From: Centroscyllium fabricii
Taxonomy: Eukaryota
Assembly (NCBI GenBank): GCA_051313645.2
Contig: JBNRSN020000003.1
Coordinates: 422,096,001-422,160,000 of the forward strand
Length of the DNA stretch: 64,000 nucleotides
Direction of reading: 5' to 3'
The notes under the pieces were generated by a model. The model searched no databases. It saw only the letters and a list, made by a program, of their open reading frames with translations, and was not told the origin of the DNA. Positions 1 to 11,925 of this stretch are shown here, in pieces. Position 1 is the first letter of the stretch. Every line of letters starts with the position of its first letter. Made by a program: the position numbers and the translations under genes.

Positions 1-175
1 GAGGTCTGTCGAGTGCCTACGTGAAAGATAAGGTGCTGTTCCTCGGGCTTACGCGGGACAATGCAAGAGGCCACAGACAGAGGGGCCTGAATGGGAGTGG
101 GGTGGAGAATTAAAGGGACAGGCCACCGGGAGTTCGGGGTCCCCCTTACGGAATGAACGGAGGTGTTCCGCAAAG
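1..175 (-). mobile_element. Penelope-like element fragment (GIY-YIG endonuclease C-terminus)
   Basis: Reverse strand reads FAEHLRS..DPELPVAC.FNSPPHSH...GLLHC...EEQHLIF, homologous to the copy at 9730-9990. Confidence 0.75.
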
Positions 176-534
176 CAGAGATTTAACCTGCTGGGCTGGC
201 AGCCTGAATGTATCAGCTGCTCAATACCTGAACTAGCTATGTCACCAGAGGAGTCTTATGGCGTCCTTTGAAAATTAAGTACAATTCAGATTCAAATTGC
301 AATCTAATAATAGGATCAATGTTTATAAACTAAGATATTGAGGATTTAGCTATACTGGGCCTGTACCACTGTAATGGCACATACCCTGCTGCAGCCTTAC
401 ACTCATGTAGAGTGAGGAGGTTGACACACAGCGCACCGTATATGAGTCACCGGGTTTTATGTAAAAAGATGTCGAGCATCATTTACAAAACAATGAAACT
501 TTAACTTGTAGAAAGCTTTAAAAGTAACAGATTG

Positions 535-910
535 AGGGAGTGACTGGTGCAGTTGATAAGAACACTCATTCTTTTCCTCTTGGCACTCAGATTTGAACCT
601 ACACCATCCCAGATGAGATAAAAGTGTCCTGTCTGCTTCTACTAGAGCAAAATTAGTTCACTAGTCTCCACATTGTTGCAGTGAGCACAAGCCCTCGTGG
701 TACAAAAGTGAGCAGTTTCACTCATAAGTCATAAAGGTGCTGGAATGAGAAATAGAAAGAAGAAATTAGTGCAGAAGGGGGTAATTTTTCTGCAGCTGAG
801 ATTGAAGTGCATTGTTGGGGTAATGTGAAGGAAGCTTTACTCTGTAGCTAAGCTGTCCCTGTTGACATTGATAATGGTACCAGAACCGGAAAACAAGTTC
901 CAATCCCCAA
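535..910 (+). mobile_element. Ancient LF-SINE-like remnant
   Basis: Degenerate tRNA-like head. The segment gattgaagtgcattgttggggtaatgtgaaggaagctttactctg resembles my recollection of the LF-SINE 3' region. Heavily diverged. Confidence 0.4.
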
Positions 911-2745
911 TATTAGCATAAATAGCATCTCAAAAAGAAAAAATAAGGAAAAGATTTTTTAAAATTAATATTCCTCATGACATGCTCTGTACTATGAGAC
1001 AGTTTTGATTTTTACAATTCAATGTTGGAAGAGAACACTTCTTTAAATTTCAGCAAACTTTCCATTTTAGTAACTCTAAAGCTAAATGGATTTAAACTGT
1101 CATTTTCCCAAGAGCCATTTATTTTGGCGAGCTCTATTGATTTCTTTTTTATTATTTGGGTGCAGGAAATGCAGTTATTTCTGAATAATGGTATGTTACT
1201 ATTACAACTACCCACATCTATTACAATTACACAACATGAACCAGAACCTTCAAATGAGCCCATTTAGTGATTCAAACAGCATTTCAGAATGATTCTGTAA
1301 CATGACCACAAACTATTTCTATTTGGAGCATTCTTCAATTTCATTACATTTTTGAAGCATTGGACCCAAAATATTTTATCTGAAATAATCTGTGTGTTTA
1401 ATTAATATAATTCACTAAATTACCCAAATATTACAAACTCTGTCCTATTTGTATATAGTGTAAAAATGCTGCTTTAATCATTGATGGCTACAGTAACACA
1501 AGCTGTCTTTGTAAATCAATATAAATTCTGCAAAGTGACAGATCATAATCTGTAAGACACTTTAGGATATTACATGTCAACTGGGGGTTTTACCATATGA
1601 GACAGCAGGCACATTATTGCAATTGTAGAAAAATCTGTGTATGCATAAACATGCTACAGCATAGAACCGACAGTGTGCAAGTGTTTGCAGACAATAAAAA
1701 TCACGCAGGCTGAAGCAATGGCCGTACTTTGCAAATTGCTCGTCGCTAAATTACTACAAAGGTCTTATGGTTTTGTATGATTACTGGACGCATTTAACTT
1801 GTGATAAGATTACACATATGTAGAGCTGCACATAACTAAAAACAAATTTTTCTTTCCTTCCCTTTCATTGCACATAAAGCAAGTTTTCTAGCAGTACCCA
1901 TATTCAACATTTCCATTATTTTACAAAATCGGATAAGATGCAGCTGTGATGGAACCTTACCTTCTGTTTGGGTGTATAGTTTAGATGACCCTCAATGTAG
2001 GGAAAAGACAGAGGTTATACTCTTAACAAACCTGGCTTTAAAAAAAAATTCTGAAAAAGGTCTTGGAAACACAACCCATCAATTCTAATTTTTGAACTTT
2101 CACTTTCAGTCAACAACAGAAAAAGGTCCCTTCGAACTTTTATCTTCACTACAAAGTGTTGTTATCTTGTGGTGGTGTCAGGAGCTTTATCTCTCTTTCA
2201 ACTGACAACACAGACAATTCAGTTAAAATTGGAAAAGAATCCCACTTCAGTTGAGTAAATAAATAATCAATACTCATCTAAATGTAAATGAGAAACTAGC
2301 CCCCTCTGATAACAGGGTGCTCATCAAAGATCCAATTTTCTCCAGACAGTTGGATGCAACCAAATCACCATCATCCAGTCTTAAACTAATGGATAAAAAT
2401 CGTAACTAAACTGAACAGATCACCAGATATCAACCAAGTTTCAGGTTTTGGCCACTTCACATTTAACTAGGTTGGCTATCACTCACTTTACAAACCCTTT
2501 TGGTCAGCTTTTCCCTGCTTGAACCATTCAAATCAGCTGCGGTCTTCTTACAAATGTGTTAAAAATAACACCTGGGAACATTATAGCCAAAGCTGTAAAC
2601 GATGATGAAAGTTGCTCCCGGATATGAGGGCTGATCTCGGTAAATAAAAATGGCAAAGAGCATCCTTTTTCGGAAAAGGTAGGAAATAAAAGTGTCAAAT
2701 TTAAGTCAATTTAGATTCCAGTATTAACGTTTCAGGATTCCAATG

Positions 2746-3074
2746 CAGGTTGAGCACTGTTATTCCGGACACCGGTAATCCGCTAACTTCAGTCGTCCGG
2801 AATGAATCCAGCCGACTGGTCTGCGCATGCGCAGGCCTCTCCCCGACTGGTCTGCGCATGCGCGAAATGGCCGCCGCGCTTGGCTGCGCATGCCCGGGCC
2901 TCCCCGAACGATTGATGCCTCGGCGAGCGCATGCGCAGACCATTCAAAATGCCTTTGCGGTGGCCATTTTGAAAGGTCTGCGCATGCGCTCGCCAAAGCT
3001 TCAATCGTTCGGATTTTTCACTAATCCGGCACGGGCCTACTCCCGCCGCTGCCGGATTAACGGTGTCGGACCTG
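2746..3074. mobile_element. Tc1/mariner Tigger-like MITE with GCGCATGCGC cluster
   Basis: Termini CAGGTTGAGCAC... / ...GGTGTCGGACCTG followed by TA; subterminal TAATCCG/CCGGATTA motifs; four full and one partial GCGCATGCGC. Confidence 0.75.
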
Positions 3075-4032
3075 TATTAGGTTCAAAGAGTCAACAAGGC
3101 TAAAATGCTGTTCTGCCACTAGATGCTGTTAACATAGTTTGTAAATATGATGCAACATAGTATTCACAACAAAGAATGCAGCTGAGGATTGCCCTTCAAT
3201 TGCTCAGAGACACAACTCTATAGTATTTCAATGTCAATGGTAGGGCAGAACAAGAAGCACAGCTCTGAGATCGATGCGCGGCCCTATTTCATTTAACAAA
3301 CACAAAAATCAGCCCATGCAATTGAAATCTGAATTTGAGCTGCTTCAGACAGCTGCTCCCGAACCCATGAAAAGTCTGATTCTGGATGCTGAGGCGAGCA
3401 CCAAGTTCACCTCCTTGATACTGATAACGTGCCACCAGCAGCAGAAGTACCAGGTGCCTGCTGCTTATGGCACATCACTAACTTAAATCTAAACTCGGAA
3501 AAACACTCCTGTTTGCACCAAGCTGACTCTTTGACTTCCTGCACTGCCATCCTTCTAACAAGACCAAGCAACTGGTGAAAATTGTGGATGGGTAACTTAT
3601 TACTGACTGATGTTTGCTGGGAAAAAAGTTAGATAAGCACAAGAGTTATATATTTGTATTTGCGCTGGGCAGAACTTCAACTTTGAAGTGAATGCATCAT
3701 AAACTAACCCAGTACACCATGCAGTAAAGCAAACAGACCATTTTTATTTATACATAAATCCTGCTTTTGGGTCAGTTAGAATTACATTAATACAATTAAT
3801 AATATTTCAAGTCTCAATTATCCTGGATGATTGAAATTTTGTTGCGGACTCCAGTGTTAAACGACAAGTTTATCTAACTGGGCACCCTGGTTAAGACATT
3901 TTCAAACAGTAAGTTATGAACAGAAGCACATGCGTGTAATTTAACGCTTATTTCTTGCAATACAGTTGCATTCGTATGCAGTAACTAAATAAATGCAGCA
4001 TTCAGCTCCAAAATTAAGAGTTTTAAAATATT

Positions 4033-4788
4033 GGGCCAGAAATTGCAGTCTGCCCATATCGGGTTTAAGCGAGTGCATCAGAACTTAAACCCGCAGGGAG
4101 CAGCCGGTAGCGCAGCTTTGGGTTTTCCTATGCCGGCCAGCAGGGGGGTTGGAGTTCCTGCGAGGTCCAGCGCAGGCAGCAGCGAACTACGGGTGCGTCC
4201 AGACATTCCGATATTTTTAAAAAGTTTTTCTACGGACCAAGATCAGGATATTCTATGCCGGGAAAAAGCAGTCGTAAGTAGCCGTTTTTAATCTGGTAAG
4301 TGTGTATTTTATTGATTTTAATTGTTGTTTTTTCAGGTTTTTAATTGTTGATGACTTTAAAGACAGGTAAGTATTTTTTTAGACCTGTTGGAAATTGAAA
4401 GAATTTTCTGTAAATTTTTATTTTTTCTTTAAAATAGGTTATTTGTGTTAGTTGGGGTAATGTTAAAAAATGTGGGGTTTGTAAAATTTTATTTTTGTGT
4501 TTAGATGTCTTTTGGGCAATCTCTCCTTTCAGAACTCGCACAGATTTCTCAGTGGAAGTTTTGAACGGAGAATTGGTTCCACTGATTGGCTCCCTGCCAA
4601 TCAGGTGGTCTCAAAAGCCACCTCGAACTAATTACGCCCTTCAGATGCCCATGAAACTCACACGGAGCTCTGACAGGCTGGGCTAACTGCAATTTCTGAG
4701 TGCAAAAAAGCAAAACTGAATATGGGCAGTTCAAGTGCGTTCAGCAGGTACTGCACCCGCACGAAGGCTCCACTGCAATTTCTGGGCC
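4033..4788 (+). mobile_element. Harbinger-like MITE
   Basis: TIR GGGCCAGAAATTGCAGT (16/17 match between ends) and 3-bp TSD ATT (4030-4032 and 4789-4791). Confidence 0.85.
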
Positions 4789-7700
4789 ATTAATAATTCT
4801 CTTGCACTGTATAATGCTCATTGCTCTGAAGTCTCTTCAGGCAGCAGACTGCCCTGGAGAAACACAGTTAAGATGTCGGGTGGTTCAAGTCCTAGTGCTG
4901 TCTGGAACCAGCACGAGCCAAATGCACGTCAAGGATTTTGCAACTGTTTTGTCAAGATGAGCTCTTGCAAGGGGGAGGTATGGGGAAAAGGGTCAGTGCA
5001 TCATCTATTCTGCCCAAGAAATGTATTGAACTTTAGTTTAGCAAGGAGTTGTAATAGAGCCAAATGTGAAGTACAGCCAGTTTATTTGCTTTCTGATTCA
5101 AAGGAAACCTGAATTTACTTGCAATGTCCTTGGCTATCGGCACCCAACTTTCTTCCTGACGCTCTTTCTGAATTCAGTTCTGTGTCATGGAAACAAAATG
5201 CAGAGTGACAGGATTTCCAGTTGTGTCAGGGGTTTCTGACATCTGCTCTAGAGCAGTAAAACAACTCCACTTTAAACCAATTCCAGCTAACATTCTACTG
5301 ACAGCTGAAGTGATCTGGGCTGAAAACCTAACTCTCAGTAAATCTAATATAATGAATATTTTTAACATACATTATATTGCCTTGGGAAAGATACATTTCA
5401 TGCTGTAAACACTTCTACTCGCTGTGTTAATATCCATGGAAAAAGAAATGGTTTTCACTGCCAAATCAAATACACTCACGATAGTTTGTTTCTGCTTTCC
5501 AATCTATTTCAAGTATGTGTCATATATCACTATTCTAACCATACCCAAGTTTGAGACTATGCAATGTATATCAATACAGAGAGCTTCTAGGAATGATTTG
5601 TTTAAAATAAAATGAACATCTGAGAGTGAAGACTTTAATAACCACAGGGCTTTTGTTTAGAAAATCAAAATGAACGGTAGATTACCAAGCAGTAGTGTTG
5701 GTTCTACATAAAGCGAATGCGGAGTTCTTTTCCTGGGGAAGGTCTTTCTGGTTTTTTTTTAAATAACTAAAACGCAGAGAAGTGTGGGATCATACATGGC
5801 TAGACAGAGGCTATCAACCTTCAGAAAACAGAATTATTGTTATGTACTCCACCTCGACCTTCAGAATGGATAATTGGTCAGCGAGAACATATACTGGTCA
5901 GCTCCAACTAGCAAGAGTAGAAAGAATACGACAGGATAAGAGAGGAGGTTAAAATAACATGCATAACATTTTATTTGGGGAGCAGCACAGAAAGGCATCT
6001 TCACAACAACCCTTCCACGAGCTAAACTGAGCTGGAGAGTAAATTCATTTGGAGAATATGGAGAGGAGAAAAAAAAGAGGGGTCAAAATGACCTTCACAC
6101 AAATCCTCCAACAAATTAGAAAATGTAGTTGCTGACAATATATTTCTCTAATGAAGTGTGCCTCAATAAAGAAAGGAAACCTCTCCATACACAGACCACA
6201 TATTACATTCATATTCAACCAGCCAAGCTAGCTTTTGCTTCCATATGCAGCTGTAAATCTCAGTCTTTCTGGCATACACACTTGCGTCTATTTCAAATCA
6301 GTAACTTTGTATACAGATGTCTGCAGCTCAAAGCTTGTCTGTTAACGTAAAAAAAGGGCTAGAAAAAAGAGAGGAAATTAGCTGTTAGATATAAAATATA
6401 GATTGCACGTTAGAAAAGCTACAACCAGTACTTGCAGTATAAAATTATTTTTTACAGAAATCATAGCCACCAAAAAGACTATTGTCTGTGGCAAAAACTT
6501 CAATGGATAAATGTCAGCTGCGGGTGGGAGGGGAAGAAGAAAAACAGCTTGTGCAGCATTCCATTTGCACTGGATGGAATTCTTGTCGGCTTTAACTCGC
6601 ACAAAACACAACACACACACTCTTGATCATTAATAGCCTGAGTCGGGAGAGGAATATGGCAACCTTCACGGGGTCCACTCCGTTATGTGCTCCAACATGT
6701 CCAATGCCATCTACACGGCAACCAAATGCTGAACGACAGCCTCTGGGTCCAAAAAGCAACACAATCGACAAAAGCCTCATTCTTAAAAGACGGGAAAATG
6801 ACTCGTTCTGGCTCCAAAAAAGAGAGAGAACATCAATCGTATTTACAGCTTTTTGAAGATCTTGGCATGCTGATTGCTGCTGTCAGTAGCAATGGCGGTG
6901 GGAGTCACATCCCCAGTGGAGGATGACGATGGTGCTTCTGAGGTACAAGTGATCGTGGAGTACAAAAAAAAGAGTCAAATAGCCAGTCAAGAGTCGCACA
7001 ACTTTTGCCACTTCTGGACAAAGTGCAAACTCTGGAACCAAGCAAGATCTTCCTGTTCGTCATGTTTGTAAGAAACACAGGAACGACAAAAGCAGCTGGG
7101 TACAAATGATCAACTGTTGCTTGAAAGAGGTAAAAGCAAGACAGCATTATGAAAAATAACAAAGAATAAATACAAGAAGAAAATTGAAGAACATAAACTA
7201 AAGGAAGGAAGACGGCGTACTGCTATAGAAGAAAAACAAAAGCAAGACTTCAAGAAGAAAAACCAAACACGAAGCAGGTGTATGTGTCATAATTGAGAAG
7301 TCAGAGGATAAAACCGAAGTCCAACAGATGGTCATGGGCTGGAGCACTGCACTGCAATGCAACAATCACTATTGCACTTTAACATACTGCTTTCTTGAGT
7401 CACATTTCTAATATTTGCTATTTTAAAGAAAAATAATCTAACTCATGTGAGTACCAATACAAGTAAAACCAAATTATATAACAGTGACCTCGCCATGCCA
7501 GATTAAACCTCACGCCAGCCCGATTTCGCCCCCCACCCCACCGTGTCGAACTGAAGAGGAACATTTTGGCTGTGCAGGTTATTCATTTGAAAGATTGGTA
7601 TAAAAAAAACAACCATCACCAATAAAACAAAATATTAAATCTGTCTCTTCCCTATAATTCTGGTAATCTCTCTCCAGGAAAAATGACTGTCAAAAATAAA

Positions 7701-8129
7701 TAAACCTGCACATTAAAAAAAAACTTTCTTGCAGTCAGTTTTGTTTACCTCCAGTTCTTAAAACAGTGTTTCAATTCCTTTTCTCCCCAGTCTAAAAAAA
7801 TACATACGTAGATTCATACCAGAGTACAGCCAAAACCAACTCTACTTTAGGGAGAACTCAAACAGGATAACCTCTCATATTGCTAGAACTCACCCCTCTA
7901 GCTACAAATTCGTGTACAGGGATGTAATTTACCACCACAAATAAGGCTTTGATTATTCCCTATGTCTCCAGGCACAAAGAATGGTAGATAACCTAAAGGT
8001 CATACACTAGCACCCCTACACAATTGGATTTCAACGATTCCAGGCTTTCAGCAGTATAAGCACTGACTGATATCACGAGTGACCTAGTGTAAGTCACTCA
8101 AAGTATTGCTGTAAATGGAATTTCTTTTC

Positions 8130-8310
8130 CTCTCAATTTTCTTTGCCAACTTTCTCTCCCGCCCTCATGAGGGTGCAGGCCCTTACCTAGGACAAGATTC
8201 CGTGGGTGCTGAATGCCCTTTGATGCCTTCCCCAAGCGACCAGTGAGCCTTGACGGTGAATATCTACAGGCTATCTGATCAATCTAAACCTATCCTCACA
8301 TATGCCTTCA
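8130..8310 (-). mobile_element. Old SINE fragment (MER131-like), same family as 29700-30910
   Basis: Reverse complement resembles the 3' half of the element at 29700-30910; diverged. Confidence 0.35.
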
Positions 8311-9021
8311 GTATCTCTGCCTCATTTAATCTTTTCTCTTTCTTTTGTAAAGAATAATTTTTCCACCGTTCCTCTCCTCAATATAGATTGCACGTGCCTT
8401 CAATTTTCAATTGCACGTACTGGTTTAAGTAAATATTTACTGTAATATTGGTAGATTTGATCACAAATTCAAACCAAGTTGTTTAAATGTTGTAAACGGA
8501 GTTGTTGAAGAATCTGTTTGAGGTTAGCGCTATGTGGATGGTGGTCTTCGATGTACCATGGGAGGATAGGGGAGTATAAAAGTGAATGTCGTGTAGGTTT
8601 TCCATTCGATACTTCAAAAGCAATACTCTTCAAATTGAAGTATTCTTCCAATAAAAAGATATGCTTTTGTAAATTAAAAACAAATAGAAGATAGAACCCT
8701 TTATGTTTATATAAAGCAGATGTTTTAAGTTAAAACTGACGGCATAAAGCATCAGTCATGTTTGGAGCAACGGCAGAGTTGATTATTAGCCTGTTCATGA
8801 CTGTGGAAAATACAGATCATGTCTCTGAAAAAGCTGGCTTACATACAAAACTGTCTTTATTCATAACGCAATGATTCTTCATAAATCTGTGGATTGCCTG
8901 ACATTTAAAATAAACTCTTAGCACATTTGTTAGAATAGAAGATGCCATTTAAACTGGTCATCAAAGCTCAATGTATATGCATCACAGCTGCATAAGAATC
9001 CAACATAGTATTGTACACATA

Positions 9022-9179
9022 GGGCGTAAATTTCAACTTTGGTGGGAAAGGGGACGTAAACAGCCATTGGTAAATTGCCTGCCTTCAATGGAGAGGGAGA
9101 CCGGGCGGGATGTAGAACGGGCAGCCAATCCGTTACCGGCCATTTTACACCCCCCGCCAAAGTTAAAAGCTCTGCTCCC
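9022..9179. mobile_element. Short MITE with imperfect TIRs
   Basis: gggcgtaaatttcaactttggtggg vs cccgccaaagttaaaagctctgctccc, with the GGG...CCC termini seen in the other Harbinger-like elements. Confidence 0.5.
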
Positions 9180-9729
9180 TAGATTTAGCTGGGGGTGGGG
9201 GGTGGGCGGTGTACATTAAATATTTACACAAATTAGATTTTCTTTACTATATAAAAAGATGAAATGTGAGAGAAAAACCTTTTGAACCTCTGCACCAAAG
9301 ACTGATCTACCCAAGATATGCAGACTACCAATGTTTATACCAGATACCTACATTTAAAAGCTGGTGTCATATACAGGGTACCTGACCAACACAAACCCAA
9401 CATTTTACAGTGATCATTTAGATTTCTTAGAGTATCTGAGACATACTTTCCAACCCATTCCTAACGGGTCAAAGAAATGATAACAGTCTTCAAACACCTT
9501 GCTGGCACTTTATTCCATGTTTAGTTACTTATTAAAGATAAGGCCATTCCCTTTCTTAGGGATAAAACATGTTAAGATTAGCTACACATATTTAAGTGTA
9601 TCTGCCTCCCAAGTGAGGTTTAGGATTTTCAAATGAATAAGGCCAAGTCAGGTGCTGTAAATCTGCAGAAAATCTCAAGTTTTGAGCAACTTTCAACAAG
9701 TCACACTACATAGTGAGCAATTTAGTATA

Positions 9730-10250
9730 CTGTATTCGCTGCTCACGATGTGGTCTCCTCTACACTGGGGACACCAAATGCAGATTGGGCGACCGCTTTG
9801 CGGAACACCTCCGTTCAGTCCGCCGGTCACTTTCATTCTCTGTTTCAATCCCACTCTGATCTCTCGGTCCTCGACCTCTTACACTGTTCCATGAAGCTCA
9901 ATGTGAGCTCGGGGAACAGCACCACATCTTTCAATTAGGCACTTTACAGCCCTCTGGACTCAACACTGAGTTCAACAATTTCAGATTAGAACCCCTGCCC
10001 CCCCTTTTTTCAGGTTGTAGGATTCTGCCACCCCCATTTGCAACATTTAATCTTCCCTGCCCTCTACCCCAGCACAGACTGTTCCTTCAGCTTCTCCCCT
10101 CCCCCACACCTGCACCTGCTTAAAATATGTTCCATCTCCCGCTTGTTCCAGTTCTGACGAAGGGTCCCAGACCTGAAACGTTAACCCGGTTTCTCTCTCC
10201 ACGGATGCTGCCTGGCCTGCTGAGTGCTTCCAGCATTTTCCATTTGCTCT
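9730..10250 (+). mobile_element. Penelope-like element 3' fragment (GIY-YIG remnant plus pseudo-LTR)
   Basis: Frameshifted LY.G.TK.RLGDRFAEHLRSV...SHSDLSVL.LLHC...EQH.IF.LGTLQPSGLNTEFNNF, followed by a hammerhead-bearing tail and gatgctgcctggcctgctgagt. Confidence 0.8.
10145..10200 (+). ncRNA. Putative minimal type I hammerhead ribozyme in the Penelope pseudo-LTR
   Basis: CTGACGA (10154-10160), stem II agggtc-cca-gacct, GAAA (10175-10178), then palindromic GTTAAC and GTTTC. Confidence 0.55.
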
Positions 10251-10291
10251 ATGGTTTGTTTATTGACTCTGGGAAAGAGACACTTCAAGTA

Positions 10292-10592
10292 CAGGTTGAG
10301 CACCATTAATCCGGCACCCTCGGGACCAGACCATTGAAAATTCCAAACCACTGAAGGTTCGTGGGGAGCGCGTAGGTAGAACACTCCCCCAGGAGGGTGC
10401 CCAGGGATAAAACACAAAGAACCTAAAAAAGCAGCAACCCAAATGCCCGACGCCGTCGGCGCTCGGCCACCCTTCGCGGGAAACGGTGGCGCTGAGCGGC
10501 TGCTCCGCAAAATGAAGAGCGCCAGTTTCCATTCGTGCCGAACTACTGAAGGTGCCGGACCATCGGGTGCCGGATTACCGGTGCTCAACCTG
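10292..10592. mobile_element. Tigger-like MITE (family B)
   Basis: 27-bp TIR CAGGTTGAGCACC..TAATCCGGCACC (25/27 match), TA TSD on both sides. Sister copies at 57352 and 63730. Confidence 0.9.
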
Positions 10593-11039
10593 TATTGATT
10601 TACCCCCTGCAGAGAGAAGTTTTCTAAAAATATTTTCTGGGATATGTTTGGTTTCAGGAGTTAGCCCTGAAATTCCACTGCCTTGGGGCCATGAACGGAG
10701 CATTTTCTGTCAGGACATGGCCAGAATGTGTGGTCAGAGAGAATTCCCATCCCTTCTTTTGCCATTATAAATTCCAGCAATGGGGAGGAGCACATAATAT
10801 GCAGACATAAAATGATGTCATGCAAATGAAGAAAATATATCAAAGGACATATTTCCTACATCTGTGCCAGAGTAAAGTTGGGGTGCAATAAATGCCTAGA
10901 GTCCCTGACATCCAGCTCGAAGAGCCATTACGGAGAATTTTAAAATTCTCTTTACCTTCAGAACCATCATTTTCAACAACCTGCTGAAAACAAAACACTT
11001 TTGACCCATCTGTCCGCTTCAAGTACTGTTCTATATCAA

Positions 11040-11470
11040 AAACTTGCACTGTGCTCCACGATCCTTTAACACGTCAAGGCCATCTGGCTCAGAGACTGCC
11101 CTAGGAAAAAAAATCACCAATGACATCCTCTGCTACTGTGACCATGACCTATTTTCTCTCTCAATGCTCTCGGCCAGTCAACATGGCCGACTATGCCATT
11201 CTCCCCCACTTCCCCTCTCATGGTTACACTACTTGTCTCTGTCACCAGCAAATCTCTAGCCCCTGCACAGTCACCCGTAAAGTGCCACAAGATTACATGC
11301 TTAGCAACCCTTCCCACCCACCCCGTCCTTGTGTTTATTTGTATGCTGCCCCTCAAAGACATTACCTGCAGGGAAGGTGTCAGTTTCCATTTGTGTGACA
11401 ATCATACCCAGCTCTACTACCAGAACTTGCAATTCTGCAACCAATTCTGTGTTGTCAGACTGCCTATCTG
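11040..11470 (+). mobile_element. Decayed L2-clade LINE RT fragment
   Basis: LFICMLPLKDITCREGVSFHLCDNHTQLY corresponds to the L2 'LF.IYMLPLGDII..HGV.FH.YADDTQLY' region. Confidence 0.6.
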
Positions 11471-11471
11471 A

Positions 11472-11925
11472 CATAGAATGGTTCCAGGGATCAGGGTCTT
11501 CAGTTATGTGGAGAGACTGGAGAAGTTGGGGTTGTTCTCCTTAGAGCAGAGGAGATTTGATAGAGGCATTCAAAATCACGAATGCTTTTGACAGAGTAAA
11601 TAAGGAGAAACTGTTTCCAGTGGCAGAAGGATCGGACACAGATTTAAGATGATTAACAAAAGAACCAGAGACGACATGAGGAAAAAAAAAATTACTATAC
11701 AGCGAGTTGTTGTGATCTGGAATGCACTGCCTGAAAGGGCGGTGGAAGCAGATTCAATAGTAACTTTCAAAGGGGAACTGGATAAATACTTGGAAGGGGA
11801 AAATGTACAGGGCTATGGGGAAAAGAGTAGGGAATGGGATTAGTTGCATAGCTCTTTCAAAGAGCCTGTACAGGCACGATGGGCCAAATGGCCTCCTTCT
11901 GTGCTGTATCCTTCTATGATTATAT
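11472..11925 (+). mobile_element. CR1 LINE 3' fragment
   Basis: TRDDMRKK...QRVVVIWNALPERAVEADSIVTFKGELDKYL plus tail gggccaaatggcctccttctgtgctgt. Confidence 0.85.

Noticed and set aside
2701-3103. Overlapping ORFs rich in RMR/AHAQ (also 52651-53184)
   Set aside because: Translations of the repeated GCGCATGCGC motif in MITEs.
3113-3130. CTCF-like gccactagatgctg
   Set aside because: Single imperfect motif with no supporting context.
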